Assembly (NCBI GenBank): GCA_964387305.1
Contig: CAYLWD010000001.1
Location: 1 to 26,166 of the forward strand
Source: an uncultured archaeon
GTDB taxonomy: Archaea > Iainarchaeota > Iainarchaeia > Iainarchaeales > JAAZKV01
Direction of reading: 5' to 3'
DNA length: 26,166 nucleotides
The notes under the pieces are model-generated. The model made no database searches. It was not told where the DNA came from and worked only from the letters and a program-made list of their open reading frames with translations. Each line of letters starts with the position of its first letter. Position 1 is the stretch's first letter. This document shows positions 7,499-16,541 of this stretch, piece after piece. The translations under genes and the position numbers were made by a program.

Positions 7499-8466
7499 TT
7501 GAAAGAAAATTTATTCAACAAAATTTGAGAAAAATGGAATTAGAAGAATACTTGGGTAAGAAACTTGACCGAGCAGGATTCACTCATGCAGATATTGTGA
7601 AGACTCCAATGGTTACAAGAATAATTTTGCACGTGTCAAAACCAGGACTTGCAATTGGAAAAGGAGGACAAACAATAAAACAACTAACTGAAGTTATTGG
7701 AAGAGATTACAAAATCGATAACCCCCAAATAGAAATTCAAGAAGTGAAGAACGCAAACTTGAATGCAAAAATACTGGTAGAAAAAATGGCTGCAATGATT
7801 GAAAGAGAATTTTCTTGGAGAAGCGTAGTATTCAAAGCAGTTAGTGAGATAGTTAATTCGGGCGCACAGGGAGTAGAACTTGTTGTTAAAGGAAAATTGA
7901 GTGGAAAAGGTGGAAGAAAAAGAAAAATGAGGATTGCATTTGGTTACATGAAAAAAATTGGTGAACAATCAAGATTAGTTGATTTTGCAAAAGCCCCAGC
8001 TTATCCAAAAGCAGGTGCAATTGGTTTGAGATTAAGAATAATTCATCCAGGGGTAGTATTCCCTGACAAAATTGATGTAACCAAAGTTATTCAAGACAAG
8101 AGACAACTTGTTGAAGACGCAAAAGAAGTGCTTGAGAAAAAAGAAGACAAAGTAAAAAAAATTGTTATTGAAGAAGAAATAGAAGAAGAAGTTGATGGGG
8201 AAGTAATAAAAGAATACAAAAAAGTAGAAGCTTATGTTCACAAAAAAGAAGCACAAGACGAAAAAGAAACAAAAACTGAAAAGAAAAAAGTGAAAGAAGA
8301 AAAAAAGGAAGTTAAAGTAAAAGAAGCAATAAGCGAAAAAAAAGAAGAAACGAAAGAAACTGAAAAGAAAGAAGAAAAAAAAGAAGTTCTGGATGAAAAG
8401 AAAGAAACAAAAGAAGAAAAAGTAAGTGAAAAAAAGGAAGAATCCCAAGAAGAGAAAAAGGAATGA
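7495..8466 (+). CDS. rps3: 30S ribosomal protein uS3 (with ~125-aa Lys/Glu C-terminal tail)
   Basis: KH domain PGLAIGKGG, GAQGVELVVKGKLSG; ATGA overlap with rpl22. Confidence 0.97.
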   Translation: MIERKFIQQNLRKMELEEYLGKKLDRAGFTHADIVKTPMVTRIILHVSKPGLAIGKGGQTIKQLTEVIGRDYKIDNPQIEIQEVKNANLNAKILVEKMAAMIEREFSWRSVVFKAVSEIVNSGAQGVELVVKGKLSGKGGRKRKMRIAFGYMKKIGEQSRLVDFAKAPAYPKAGAIGLRLRIIHPGVVFPDKIDVTKVIQDKRQLVEDAKEVLEKKEDKVKKIVIEEEIEEEVDGEVIKEYKKVEAYVHKKEAQDEKETKTEKKKVKEEKKEVKVKEAISEKKEETKETEKKEEKKEVLDEKKETKEEKVSEKKEESQEEKKE

Positions 8467-8484
8467 GAAAATTGAGTTGATTTT

Positions 8485-8685
8485 ATGAAGTACAAAGAAT
8501 TGAAGGAAAAAAGAGACGAAGAGCTTAATTCATTAGTTATTGAGTTAAAGCAAGAACTTGCTAAAGAAAAAGCAAAGACCGTTTCAGGAACAAAAGCAGA
8601 AAAGCCAGGACGAGTAAAAAAATTGAGGCGAGATGTTGCTAGAGTACTTACAGAAATTACGACAAGAAAGGGGGTTGTGGATTAA
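8485..8685 (+). CDS. rpl29: 50S ribosomal protein uL29
   Basis: ELK.K...EL...L..EL...KPGRVKKLRRDVARVLT pattern. Confidence 0.93.
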   Translation: MKYKELKEKRDEELNSLVIELKQELAKEKAKTVSGTKAEKPGRVKKLRRDVARVLTEITTRKGVVD

Positions 8686-8988
8686 ATGCAAGAGGTTGAC
8701 AAGATTAGTGGATTACCAAAAGATTTGTTCGATATTAGCAATATTGAAAAAGAACAACAAAAAATAAAAATTGTGGTAATTAAGAGAAGATTTAGAAAAT
8801 TAATTACAATCGTATCAGGATTTGATGATAAGGATAAAGCAAAAGAACTTGGAAAAGAAATGAAAATGAAATTTGCGTGTGGAGGAACTGTAAACGGAAC
8901 AGAAATTGAATTACAAGGAGATCACAGACAAAAAGCAAAGAAATTTTTGATTGAAAAAGGGTACAAAGAAGAATTGATTGAAGCATGA
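8686..8988 (+). CDS. Translation initiation factor aIF-1 (SUI1)
   Basis: SGLPKDL, KFACGGTV...IELQGDHR; conserved position after uL29. Confidence 0.96.
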   Translation: MQEVDKISGLPKDLFDISNIEKEQQKIKIVVIKRRFRKLITIVSGFDDKDKAKELGKEMKMKFACGGTVNGTEIELQGDHRQKAKKFLIEKGYKEELIEA

Positions 8989-9048
8989 ATGAATTGATTT
9001 GAAGATGTATTATTGAAGAAATGGAATTGATATTTTTGGAGGCAATAG

Positions 9049-9348
9049 ATGATTAAGACAGCGCATTACGAAATCAACGCGAAGAACTTAGCGTTCCACG
9101 AGTTGAACGGCTTGCGAGTCAAAGTCATTGAAAGCACCGATAAAGAAAAAAATGGAATAGACGGAGAAGTGATTGGAGAAACGAAGAACACATTGATAGT
9201 TTTGGTAAATGGAAAAGAAAAAGTTTTACCAAAAAACGAATGTGTATTTGAGTTTATCCTAGGCAAAGAAAAAGTAAAGTTGAATGGAAAAATTATTTGT
9301 AAAAGAGCAGAAGATAGAGTAAAAGATTGGAGGAACAACAATGGCTGA
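9049..9348 (+). CDS. rnp1: Ribonuclease P protein subunit Rpp29 (component 1)
   Basis: HELNGLRVKVIES...G..G.VIGETKNTL...PK..CVFEF; conserved position between aIF-1 and uS17. Confidence 0.92.
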   Translation: MIKTAHYEINAKNLAFHELNGLRVKVIESTDKEKNGIDGEVIGETKNTLIVLVNGKEKVLPKNECVFEFILGKEKVKLNGKIICKRAEDRVKDWRNNNG

Positions 9349-9694
9349 AGAAAAGAAAGAAAGAGCTGTTACAGCGAAAGTTGTTAAAGAAACACAAGGT
9401 TCTGGAACAAGCGGAACACAAAAAGAAAAAACTTATCCTATTAGAGGAAATGTTTTTGAAGGAAAAGTTGTTTCAGCAAAATCAAACAAAACAGTTACTA
9501 TTGAAAGAGAATTAACGCATTACATTTCTAAATACGAGAGATACTTGAAAATTCGGTCAAGAATAAAAGCACACAACCCAGAAAGTATTAATGCAAAAGA
9601 AGGAGACATTGTAACGGTTGGAGAAACTAGGAGAATATCAAAAACAAAGAGTTTTGTTGTAATAAAAATTTTGAATAAAGGAGAAAATAATTAA
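9341..9694 (+). CDS. rps17: 30S ribosomal protein uS17
   Basis: RGNVFEGKVVSAK..KTV.IER...KYERY...S.IKAHNP...GD.V.VGETR.ISKTKSFVV. Confidence 0.96.
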   Translation: MAEEKKERAVTAKVVKETQGSGTSGTQKEKTYPIRGNVFEGKVVSAKSNKTVTIERELTHYISKYERYLKIRSRIKAHNPESINAKEGDIVTVGETRRISKTKSFVVIKILNKGENN

Positions 9695-9726
9695 GAAAAT
9701 TGAATTTTGAATTATTAGGTGAGAAA

Positions 9727-10125
9727 ATGAAAGCAATGAGTATTCACAATAATAAGAGCTTGACGCTGAAGAGCCATGTTACTTGTTCCGATAATAGTGG
9801 AGCAAAAGAAGTTTACATGATTTCAATATTCAACGCAAACACAATGAAAAAAGGATTATTCAAAGCAGGAATTGGTTCAATGGTTAATGTTGTAGTATCA
9901 AAAGGAAAACCCGAAATGAGGGGAAAGATTGAGAGAGCAGTTGTAATTAGAACAAAACAAGAATACCGAAGACCTAGCGGATTAAGAGTGAAATTTGAAG
10001 ATAATGCAGTTGTTTTAGTTGATGATAAGGGTTTGCCAAAAGCTTCAGAGATAAAGGGTTGCGTGGCAAAAGAAGTTGCTGAAAGATTCCCAAAAATAGC
10101 AGGATTAGCACCTTCAGTTGTTTAG
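9727..10125 (+). CDS. rpl14: 50S ribosomal protein uL14
   Basis: CSDNSGAK, KGKPEMR, EYRRPSGLRVKFEDNAVV motifs; SD AGGTGA at 9717. Confidence 0.97.
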   Translation: MKAMSIHNNKSLTLKSHVTCSDNSGAKEVYMISIFNANTMKKGLFKAGIGSMVNVVVSKGKPEMRGKIERAVVIRTKQEYRRPSGLRVKFEDNAVVLVDDKGLPKASEIKGCVAKEVAERFPKIAGLAPSVV

Positions 10126-10181
10126 AATTAATTTGATTATGATTGTATTGATTGGGATTTGGAGAAAAAATTGGTGATATT

Positions 10182-10559
10182 ATGTCAAGTGCAAGAAAAA
10201 GCAAGAAAGCATTCATAGAAATGCCTTTACACAAAAGAGTAAAAGCAATTGCTGCTCCGGTTGCGAAAAAAATGGAAAGCGAATACGGAAAAAGAGCAAT
10301 ATCAATTAGAAAAGGAGATACAGTAAAAATTGTTCGAGGAAGTTTCAAAGGAAAAGAAGGGAAAGTAATTGAAGTTATTTTGAGTAAATTAAAAATAATT
10401 GTTGATTCAGCAAAAAGAAAAAAAAGTGACGGAACAGAATTCAATGTAGCAATTGACCCATCAAAGGTAGTTATAGTTGATCTTAATAAAAGCGATTCAA
10501 AGAGATTTGGGCACCAAAAAAAGAGAAAAGTAGAAGCAAAAACGGAGAAAAGGAAGTGA
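10182..10559 (+). CDS. rpl24: 50S ribosomal protein uL24
   Basis: YGKRAISIRKGDTVKIVRGSFKGKEGKV, IDPSKVVI; SD GGTGAT at 10173. Confidence 0.96.
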   Translation: MSSARKSKKAFIEMPLHKRVKAIAAPVAKKMESEYGKRAISIRKGDTVKIVRGSFKGKEGKVIEVILSKLKIIVDSAKRKKSDGTEFNVAIDPSKVVIVDLNKSDSKRFGHQKKRKVEAKTEKRK

Positions 10560-10566
10560 GTATAAA

Positions 10567-11262
10567 ATGGGTAACAAGGGACAAAGAAAACGACAAAAAA
10601 GAATAAGCATGCAAAAGTCGATTAGCATCGCTAGAAAAGAACACGTTTGGGCAATTAGAACAAATCCCGGCGCACATAAAAAAGAATTATCCGTGCCCTT
10701 AGGAACGGTTATTAGAGATTATTTGAAGTTAGCAACAAACCTTAGAGAAGTAAAGACAATTCTAAGAGAAAAACAAGTAAAGGTAGATGGAAAAGTTAGA
10801 GAAGATATTGCATTTTGTGTAGGATTATTTGATGTAGTTGGAATAGATAAAGAAAAAAAGCAATTCAGAATGCTTTTGGATAAAAAACAAAGAATTTATG
10901 CTAAAGAAATGACTGAAAAGGAAAATACAAAAATTGCAAGAATAGAACACAAACACGTTACAAGCAAAGGAATACAAGTAACTACAAGCGACGGGAGAAT
11001 ATTTTCTGGAATAAGTGCAAGGGTTGGAGATTCTTTGAAAATAAATTTTGAAAGCAATAAAGTTGATAAAGTATTAGAAATGAAGGAAGGCGCAAGCGTT
11101 TATGTTATTGGTGGAAGCCACGCAGGAAAAACTGCAAAAATAAATGCAATAATTGCAGGAACCCAAGCAAGAGAAAAATTAATAAAATTAGAACAAAATG
11201 GAGAAGAATTTGAAACAATAGTAAAAAACATTTTTGTAATAGAAAAAACAGGAGATTTTTAA
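10567..11262 (+). CDS. rps4e: 30S ribosomal protein eS4
   Basis: PGAHKKELSVPL, VKVDGKVRED..F.VGLFDVV, VYVIGGSHAGK motifs. Confidence 0.96.
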   Translation: MGNKGQRKRQKRISMQKSISIARKEHVWAIRTNPGAHKKELSVPLGTVIRDYLKLATNLREVKTILREKQVKVDGKVREDIAFCVGLFDVVGIDKEKKQFRMLLDKKQRIYAKEMTEKENTKIARIEHKHVTSKGIQVTTSDGRIFSGISARVGDSLKINFESNKVDKVLEMKEGASVYVIGGSHAGKTAKINAIIAGTQAREKLIKLEQNGEEFETIVKNIFVIEKTGDF

Positions 11263-11318
11263 TAAAGCCAAGATAAAATTGTGGCATAAAAAAGTGAAAA
11301 ATGAAACGGTTGATGATT

Positions 11319-11819
11319 ATGGATATGAAAGAAATTTTGATTGACAAAATTGTAGTCAACATGGGGGTAGGCGGAGACCCAGATGAAATGAAAAGAGCAC
11401 AAAAAATAATGGATGTTGTTACAAAAAGAAAGTCAATTCAAACAAAAACACAAATGAAAGCACCCGAATGGGGTTTAAGGCCAGGACTTGCAATTGGATT
11501 AAAAGTTACTTTCAGAGGGAAGAGTGCAAGAGAATTTTTTGATAACACCATACTTGCTAAAGAAAAAAAATTGAGTGCAAAAAACTTTGATGAAAGAGGA
11601 AATTTTGGTTTTGGGGTTAAAGAATATATTGATATTCCTGGAATGCGATACGACCCAAAATTAGGAATCCGTGGCTTTGATGTGCTTGTTACCCTAAAAA
11701 GAAGAGGATATCGAGTTAAATCAAGAAAATTAAAACCAAGTAAAGTTGGAAAATCGCACGTAATAAACAAGCAAGAAGCAATTGACTTCGTGAAAACATT
11801 AGGAGTTGAAATTGAATGA
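11319..11819 (+). CDS. rpl5: 50S ribosomal protein uL5
   Basis: KIVVNMGVG, FDERGNFGFGVKEYIDIPGMRYDPKLGIRGFDV motifs. Confidence 0.97.
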   Translation: MDMKEILIDKIVVNMGVGGDPDEMKRAQKIMDVVTKRKSIQTKTQMKAPEWGLRPGLAIGLKVTFRGKSAREFFDNTILAKEKKLSAKNFDERGNFGFGVKEYIDIPGMRYDPKLGIRGFDVLVTLKRRGYRVKSRKLKPSKVGKSHVINKQEAIDFVKTLGVEIE

Positions 11820-11986
11820 CTGACACAGTAAAACAAAAATCAGAAAATGACAAGATGAAAAAAAGGAATAGAACTTGCAAAATTTGTGGAACAAGAAAAG
11901 GTTTTGTTAGAAAATACAAAATAGGAATTTGCAGGCGCTGCTTTAAGGATAATGCAGAAAGAATTGGATTTAGGAAATACGAGTGA
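11816..11986 (+). CDS. rps14: 30S ribosomal protein uS14 (56 aa, C4 zinc ribbon; not in the ORF track)
   Basis: My translation: MTDTVKQKSENDKMKKRNRTCKICGTRKGFVRKYKIGICRRCFKDNAERIGFRKYE. It has an ATGA overlap with rpl5 and sits in the canonical position. Confidence 0.95.
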   Translation: MTDTVKQKSENDKMKKRNRTCKICGTRKGFVRKYKIGICRRCFKDNAERIGFRKYE

Positions 11987-12000
11987 AAAAAGGTGATTTT

Positions 12001-12393
12001 ATGAGTTTGATTGACCCAGTAGCAGGAGCATTTACGCAAATAAGGAATGCTGCCAACTCGGCACAACAAGAATTAACAATACAACAAGGCTCGAATTTCC
12101 TTGGAGAATTATTGAAATTAATGAAAGAAAATGAATACATTGAGGACTATTCAAGAGAACAAGAAAAAAATGTTGCTAAGTTCAAGGTAAAGCTTAATGG
12201 AAAAATAAATGATTGTAAAGCAATAAAGCCAAGATACGCAGTTACCAAGGACGAGTACGAAAAATTCGAGAAAAGATACTTGCCTGCAAGAGATGTTGGA
12301 TTGATTATAGTATCAACTTCACAAGGAATAATGACTCACAAGGATGCAAAGCAAAAGAAAATTGGAGGAAGGTTAATCGCTTACTTGTATTAG
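12001..12393 (+). CDS. rps8: 30S ribosomal protein uS8
   Basis: DPVAGAFTQIRNA, LNGKINDCKAIKPR, EKRYLPARDVGLIIVSTSQGIMTH; SD GGTGAT at 11992. Confidence 0.97.
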   Translation: MSLIDPVAGAFTQIRNAANSAQQELTIQQGSNFLGELLKLMKENEYIEDYSREQEKNVAKFKVKLNGKINDCKAIKPRYAVTKDEYEKFEKRYLPARDVGLIIVSTSQGIMTHKDAKQKKIGGRLIAYLY

Positions 12394-12447
12394 TGCAAGT
12401 TAGTGATGACAAGAAATAATAAACTAAATCGAATGAATGTGATTTTT

Positions 12448-13050
12448 ATGACAGAAAAAGAAATGATTAAAGTAATTAAAGTGCCTGAGCAGATTAAGGT
12501 TGAAGTTATTGACGACAATACTTTAGAATTAAAATCTGATAAGGGTTCATTGAAGAGAACATTCAAGAGTCACAGATTAAAAATTAGCCATAAGGGAGAA
12601 CACATTACTCTTGAGGGGGCACCAAGCACAAAACAAACAAAAGCACTAATAGAATCAGTAACTGCGCACATTAGAAATATGGTTGAAGGATTGTTGTTTG
12701 GTTACAAAATAAAATTAAAAATTTGTTATTCACACTTCCCAATGACTGCAATGGTTGAAGGTGAGAGATTGAAAATAAAGAACTTTACTGGAGAAAAAGA
12801 TTTTAGGTATGCAAAAATCGTGCCGGGGGCAAAAGTAGAAGTAAAGGCACAAGAAATTACAATTACCGGAATAGATAAAGAAGTAGTGGGGCAAACAGCA
12901 GGAAACATGGAACTCGCGACAAAAGTACGCGGAGGAAAAGATATTAGGAGATTACAAGACGGAATATTTGTTACAGAAAGAGAATACAAACACAAGGGTT
13001 CTGAAGAATTACTTAAAGTAGAATCCGAAAAGGTAGTAGAGGTGCAATAA
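12448..13050 (+). CDS. rpl6: 50S ribosomal protein uL6
   Basis: AHIRNMVEGL..GY..KLKICYSHFP, KNFTGEK, D.R..QDGIFV; start moved to ATG 12448 after GTGAT. Confidence 0.96.
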   Translation: MTEKEMIKVIKVPEQIKVEVIDDNTLELKSDKGSLKRTFKSHRLKISHKGEHITLEGAPSTKQTKALIESVTAHIRNMVEGLLFGYKIKLKICYSHFPMTAMVEGERLKIKNFTGEKDFRYAKIVPGAKVEVKAQEITITGIDKEVVGQTAGNMELATKVRGGKDIRRLQDGIFVTEREYKHKGSEELLKVESEKVVEVQ

Positions 13051-13051
13051 A

Positions 13052-13705
13052 ATGGTTGAAACTTTGAAAGAAACAAGTGCAAATACTGCAACAGAAAAAG
13101 TTATTACCAAAAAAATTACACCAACAGAAAAAGTTAGTATAAAAACAGCAGAAACAAAAACAACTAAACTAAAAAAAACTGATGAAGTAAAAACAGAGAA
13201 CAAAAAGGACGAAACCAAAGCTGAAGGCAAAAAGATTGAATCTAAAAAAAATGAAGTTAAGAAAGTTGAGTCAAAAAAAGTTGAAACTAAGAAGTATATT
13301 CCGTTTGAAGTTAAAATTAAAGTGAAGAAAAGCAAAGAAGCAAAAGAATTACAAGAAAAACTTAAAACAAAGAAAAAGCACCCAACTTTCAGAGGAAGGT
13401 TTGGAAAGAAATGTATTAGAAAAAAATCAATTGAGAAATGGAATAAATGGAGACACCCAAACGGAATCGATATGAAGAAAGAAAAGAAATACGGAGCAAG
13501 ACCAAAAACAGGTTACGCTAATCCCGCGTGGATGAAAGGAGTACACCCATCAGGATACAGAGAAATTGTTGTTAACAATATTAGTGATTTACAAAAAGTT
13601 AATGTGAATACAGAAGCTGCAAGAATTGGAGCTTGTGTTGGGAAAAGAAAATGGAATACAATAGTAAAAAAAGCGGGAGAAATGAAAATACACGTTTTGA
13701 ATTAA
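13052..13705 (+). CDS. rpl32e: 50S ribosomal protein eL32 (with ~90-aa N-terminal extension)
   Basis: C-terminal half KHPTFR...WRHPNGID...GY.NP...GVHPSGYREIVVNN...VGKRK...VLN; SD GAGGTG. Confidence 0.95.
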   Translation: MVETLKETSANTATEKVITKKITPTEKVSIKTAETKTTKLKKTDEVKTENKKDETKAEGKKIESKKNEVKKVESKKVETKKYIPFEVKIKVKKSKEAKELQEKLKTKKKHPTFRGRFGKKCIRKKSIEKWNKWRHPNGIDMKKEKKYGARPKTGYANPAWMKGVHPSGYREIVVNNISDLQKVNVNTEAARIGACVGKRKWNTIVKKAGEMKIHVLN

Positions 13706-13746
13706 CGGTTAATATTTTTAAATGGAATTAAAATTAGGTGAATGAA

Positions 13747-14187
13747 ATGGAATTAAAGACAGCAAAAAAGCTTGCAGCAAGCATTTTGAAGGTTGGCGTG
13801 GGCAGAGTATACATAAAACCAACTGATTCACAAAAAGTAAGCGAAGCAATGACAAAAGATGATTTGAGAGCACTTATTGGTGAAAGGATTATTAAAAAAA
13901 GATTTTCAGAAGAACAATCAAGAGGAAGAGCAAGAGAATTACACAAAAAGCAAAAAAAGGGAAGGAGACGAGGAAAAGGAAAAAGAACTGGTGGAAAAGC
14001 AGCTAGAACTAATCCAAAAGAAGCTTGGATTGGTAGGGTAAGAGCACAACGTGCTATGCTTAGAGAAGTTGTTAAAGAAAATCCAGAGGCAAAGAAAAAA
14101 TATCGTGAAGTTTACAACAAAATCAGGGGAAATTATTTCAAAGGAAAAAAATATGTTAAAGAATACTTGATGGAAGGGAAAAACTGA
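13747..14187 (+). CDS. rpl19e: 50S ribosomal protein eL19
   Basis: LAASILKVGVGRVYI, SRGRAR, GRRRGKGKRTG.K.AR, W..RVRAQR motifs. Confidence 0.96.
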   Translation: MELKTAKKLAASILKVGVGRVYIKPTDSQKVSEAMTKDDLRALIGERIIKKRFSEEQSRGRARELHKKQKKGRRRGKGKRTGGKAARTNPKEAWIGRVRAQRAMLREVVKENPEAKKKYREVYNKIRGNYFKGKKYVKEYLMEGKN

Positions 14188-14762
14188 TGGCTACTAAAAA
14201 AACTTACAAGACAAAGTTCAGGCGAAGGGCTGAAGGCAAAACCAATTACGAAAAGAGACTTGCTTTAGTAAAATCTGGGAAAGTAAGAATTGCTGTAAGA
14301 AAAACTGATAAGAGAATAATAGCGCAAGCAATAAAGTACAATAGAGTAGGTGACGAAACAATTGCTAACGCAGATTCAAGGGAATTAATGAAGTTTGGTT
14401 TTTATGGAACAAACAATACTCCGTCAGCATACCTAACCGGATTGTTAATCGGAAAAAGATTACTTGCAAAAGGAGAAAAAATAGCAATACTTGATATTGG
14501 GTTAAGAACACCAAGTCACGGAAATGTTTTATTTGGAGCACTAAAAGGAATTTCTGATTCAGGAATATCAATAAAACACAACCCCCAAGCAATTCCAAAA
14601 GAAGATAGAATAAACGCAACAGAATTAGACAAATATGCAAAAACTTTGGGAGACAAAGCAGAAAAAATGTTTTCAAGATATATTAAAGCTGGAATAAAAA
14701 TCGGGGAATTCAATAAAGCATTTAGTATAACAAAAACAGAAATAGAGAAGGTGAATAAATGA
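14187..14762 (+). CDS. rpl18: 50S ribosomal protein uL18
   Basis: FRRRAEGKTNYEKRLAL, N.PSAYLTGLLIG, ILDIGL motifs. Confidence 0.96.
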   Translation: MATKKTYKTKFRRRAEGKTNYEKRLALVKSGKVRIAVRKTDKRIIAQAIKYNRVGDETIANADSRELMKFGFYGTNNTPSAYLTGLLIGKRLLAKGEKIAILDIGLRTPSHGNVLFGALKGISDSGISIKHNPQAIPKEDRINATELDKYAKTLGDKAEKMFSRYIKAGIKIGEFNKAFSITKTEIEKVNK

Positions 14763-15511
14763 ATAGAAAAAGAGTAAATCCTAGAGGAGAAAAAGGCGGA
14801 CGCCCAGGATTTGGCGGAAAAGAAAAAACTGAAGAAGAAAGGAATCAAGAAAAAATTGTTAAAGCACTTGCTGAAAAAGAAAGAATTTTGAGTAATTGGA
14901 CCCCAAAAACAGTGTTAGGAAAAAAAGTTAAAGCCGGGGATATTAATTCACTTGATGAAATATTTAATAAAGGGCAAAAAATTTTGGAACCACAAATAGT
15001 TGATTCGTTAGCAAAATTTGAAGAAGTTACTATTGATGTTGCAAAAACAACTCACGTTGTTAGAGCTGGAAGAAAATTTTCTTACAGAGCAACCGTATTA
15101 ATTGGAAACAGAGCAGGATACATTGGAATAGGTACTGGAAAAGCTGTTGAAAGATTCCCCGCAATAGGAAAAGCGGTTAATGACGCAAAATTAAATTTGA
15201 AGAGAATATATTTGGGAGCAGGTTCTTGGGAAGAACAACCAACAACAGAAAAACATTCGATTCCATTCAAAGTAAAAGGGAAATGCGGGGGAGTACAATT
15301 AGTGTTATGGCCTGCACCAAAAGGGACTGGACTTGTGGTTGGAAAAAATGTTAGAGTTGTTTTAGAATTAGCTGGAGTAAAAGATGTTTGGAGTAAAGCA
15401 ACAGGAAGTTCTGACACAAGATTAAACTTTGTTAGAGCAGGGCTAGATGCTTTAGAACAAACTGGAAAAATGAAAGCATCAAAAGATATTGAAGAAAAGA
15501 TGACAAAGTGA
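14759..15511 (+). CDS. rps5: 30S ribosomal protein uS5
   Basis: WTPKT.LG..VK.G, LEPQIVD, HSIPFKVKGKCG, PAPKGTGLV motifs. Confidence 0.97.
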   Translation: MNRKRVNPRGEKGGRPGFGGKEKTEEERNQEKIVKALAEKERILSNWTPKTVLGKKVKAGDINSLDEIFNKGQKILEPQIVDSLAKFEEVTIDVAKTTHVVRAGRKFSYRATVLIGNRAGYIGIGTGKAVERFPAIGKAVNDAKLNLKRIYLGAGSWEEQPTTEKHSIPFKVKGKCGGVQLVLWPAPKGTGLVVGKNVRVVLELAGVKDVWSKATGSSDTRLNFVRAGLDALEQTGKMKASKDIEEKMTK

Positions 15512-15546
15512 ATTTAAAAATAAATGATTTTTTGTGAGTGATTGAA

Positions 15547-15975
15547 ATGTATGTTGCAATAAGAGTAAGAGGGAGTATTGGTTCTAAACCAGACACTAAA
15601 AGAACTTTAGAAACACTTGGTTTAAAGAGAACACATACTGCAGGAATTTATCCAAAAAAAACAGATGTATTAGTGATGTTGAGAGACGTTTCAGGATACT
15701 TAACTTATGGAGAAGCAACAGAAGAAACAGTTAAATTGCTTATAGAAAAAAAAGGAAAACCAATGCATCCTGAAGACAAGTTAGATGCATCAAAAGCAAT
15801 TAGTGCATTAAAAGCAGGAAAATCGATTAGTAGCGTTGGAATAAGAAATCAATTCAGATTAAGTCCGCCAAGGAAAGGATGGGAAAGAGGCGGAATAAAG
15901 AAACCCTTCACAGTAGGTGGAGCATTAGGGTACCGTGGAGAAAAAATTAATGATATAATAAAAAGAATGATTTAA
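15547..15975 (+). CDS. rpl30: 50S ribosomal protein uL30 (archaeal long form)
   Basis: AIRVRG, FRLSPPRKGWERGGIKKPF..GGALGYRGEKINDIIKRMI. Confidence 0.96.
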   Translation: MYVAIRVRGSIGSKPDTKRTLETLGLKRTHTAGIYPKKTDVLVMLRDVSGYLTYGEATEETVKLLIEKKGKPMHPEDKLDASKAISALKAGKSISSVGIRNQFRLSPPRKGWERGGIKKPFTVGGALGYRGEKINDIIKRMI

Positions 15976-16002
15976 TTGGTGCAAAAATTTGAAGGTGTTT
16001 TT

Positions 16003-16509
16003 ATGGTTGTAAGAAAGAGAAGGAAAAAAAATAAATTAATGGGACAAAGGACTAGAGGCGCAGGAAACACTAAAAATAGAAGAGGAGCTGGTTCTAGAGG
16101 TGGAAGAGGAGCATCAGGAGAAAACAAGCACAAATGGAATTCTGGAAATAGATACAAGGAACCAAACTATAAATTGAAAAATAATGCTGCAAATAAAAGA
16201 GAAATTAGTGTTGGAAAATTGTGTGAAATGATTGACGGAATGGTTGCAAAAGGAAGAGTAAAGAAAGATGGAGAATATTATATTGTTGATAAGAAATCAA
16301 AATACAACAAATTATTGAGCCAAGGAGAAGCTGATAAAAAAATTATTGTAAGAATAAACGCTTCAATGGGGGCAATAAAAAAAATTTTGAGTGCTGGTGG
16401 AAAATTTGAATACAAAAAGAAGGGCGTTGATGAAAAAGAATTGAGTACAATGACTGAGGATGATGAATTCGAAGTTGACGAAACATTAACAGAAGAGGAC
16501 GAACAATAA
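16003..16509 (+). CDS. rpl15: 50S ribosomal protein uL15 (acidic C-terminal tail)
   Basis: G.RT.G.G..KNRRGAGSRGGRG.SG..KHKW; AS.GA.KKI...GG. Confidence 0.95.
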   Translation: MVVRKRRKKNKLMGQRTRGAGNTKNRRGAGSRGGRGASGENKHKWNSGNRYKEPNYKLKNNAANKREISVGKLCEMIDGMVAKGRVKKDGEYYIVDKKSKYNKLLSQGEADKKIIVRINASMGAIKKILSAGGKFEYKKKGVDEKELSTMTEDDEFEVDETLTEEDEQ

Positions 16510-16541
16510 TATAATTAAAATAATAAAATCGAGGGATTTGT

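Noticed and set aside
10126-10170. Clustered GATT/TGATT motifs in the rpl14-rpl24 spacer
   Set aside because: They are short, irregularly spaced and resemble degenerate SD-like sequence; this is not a true repeat array.
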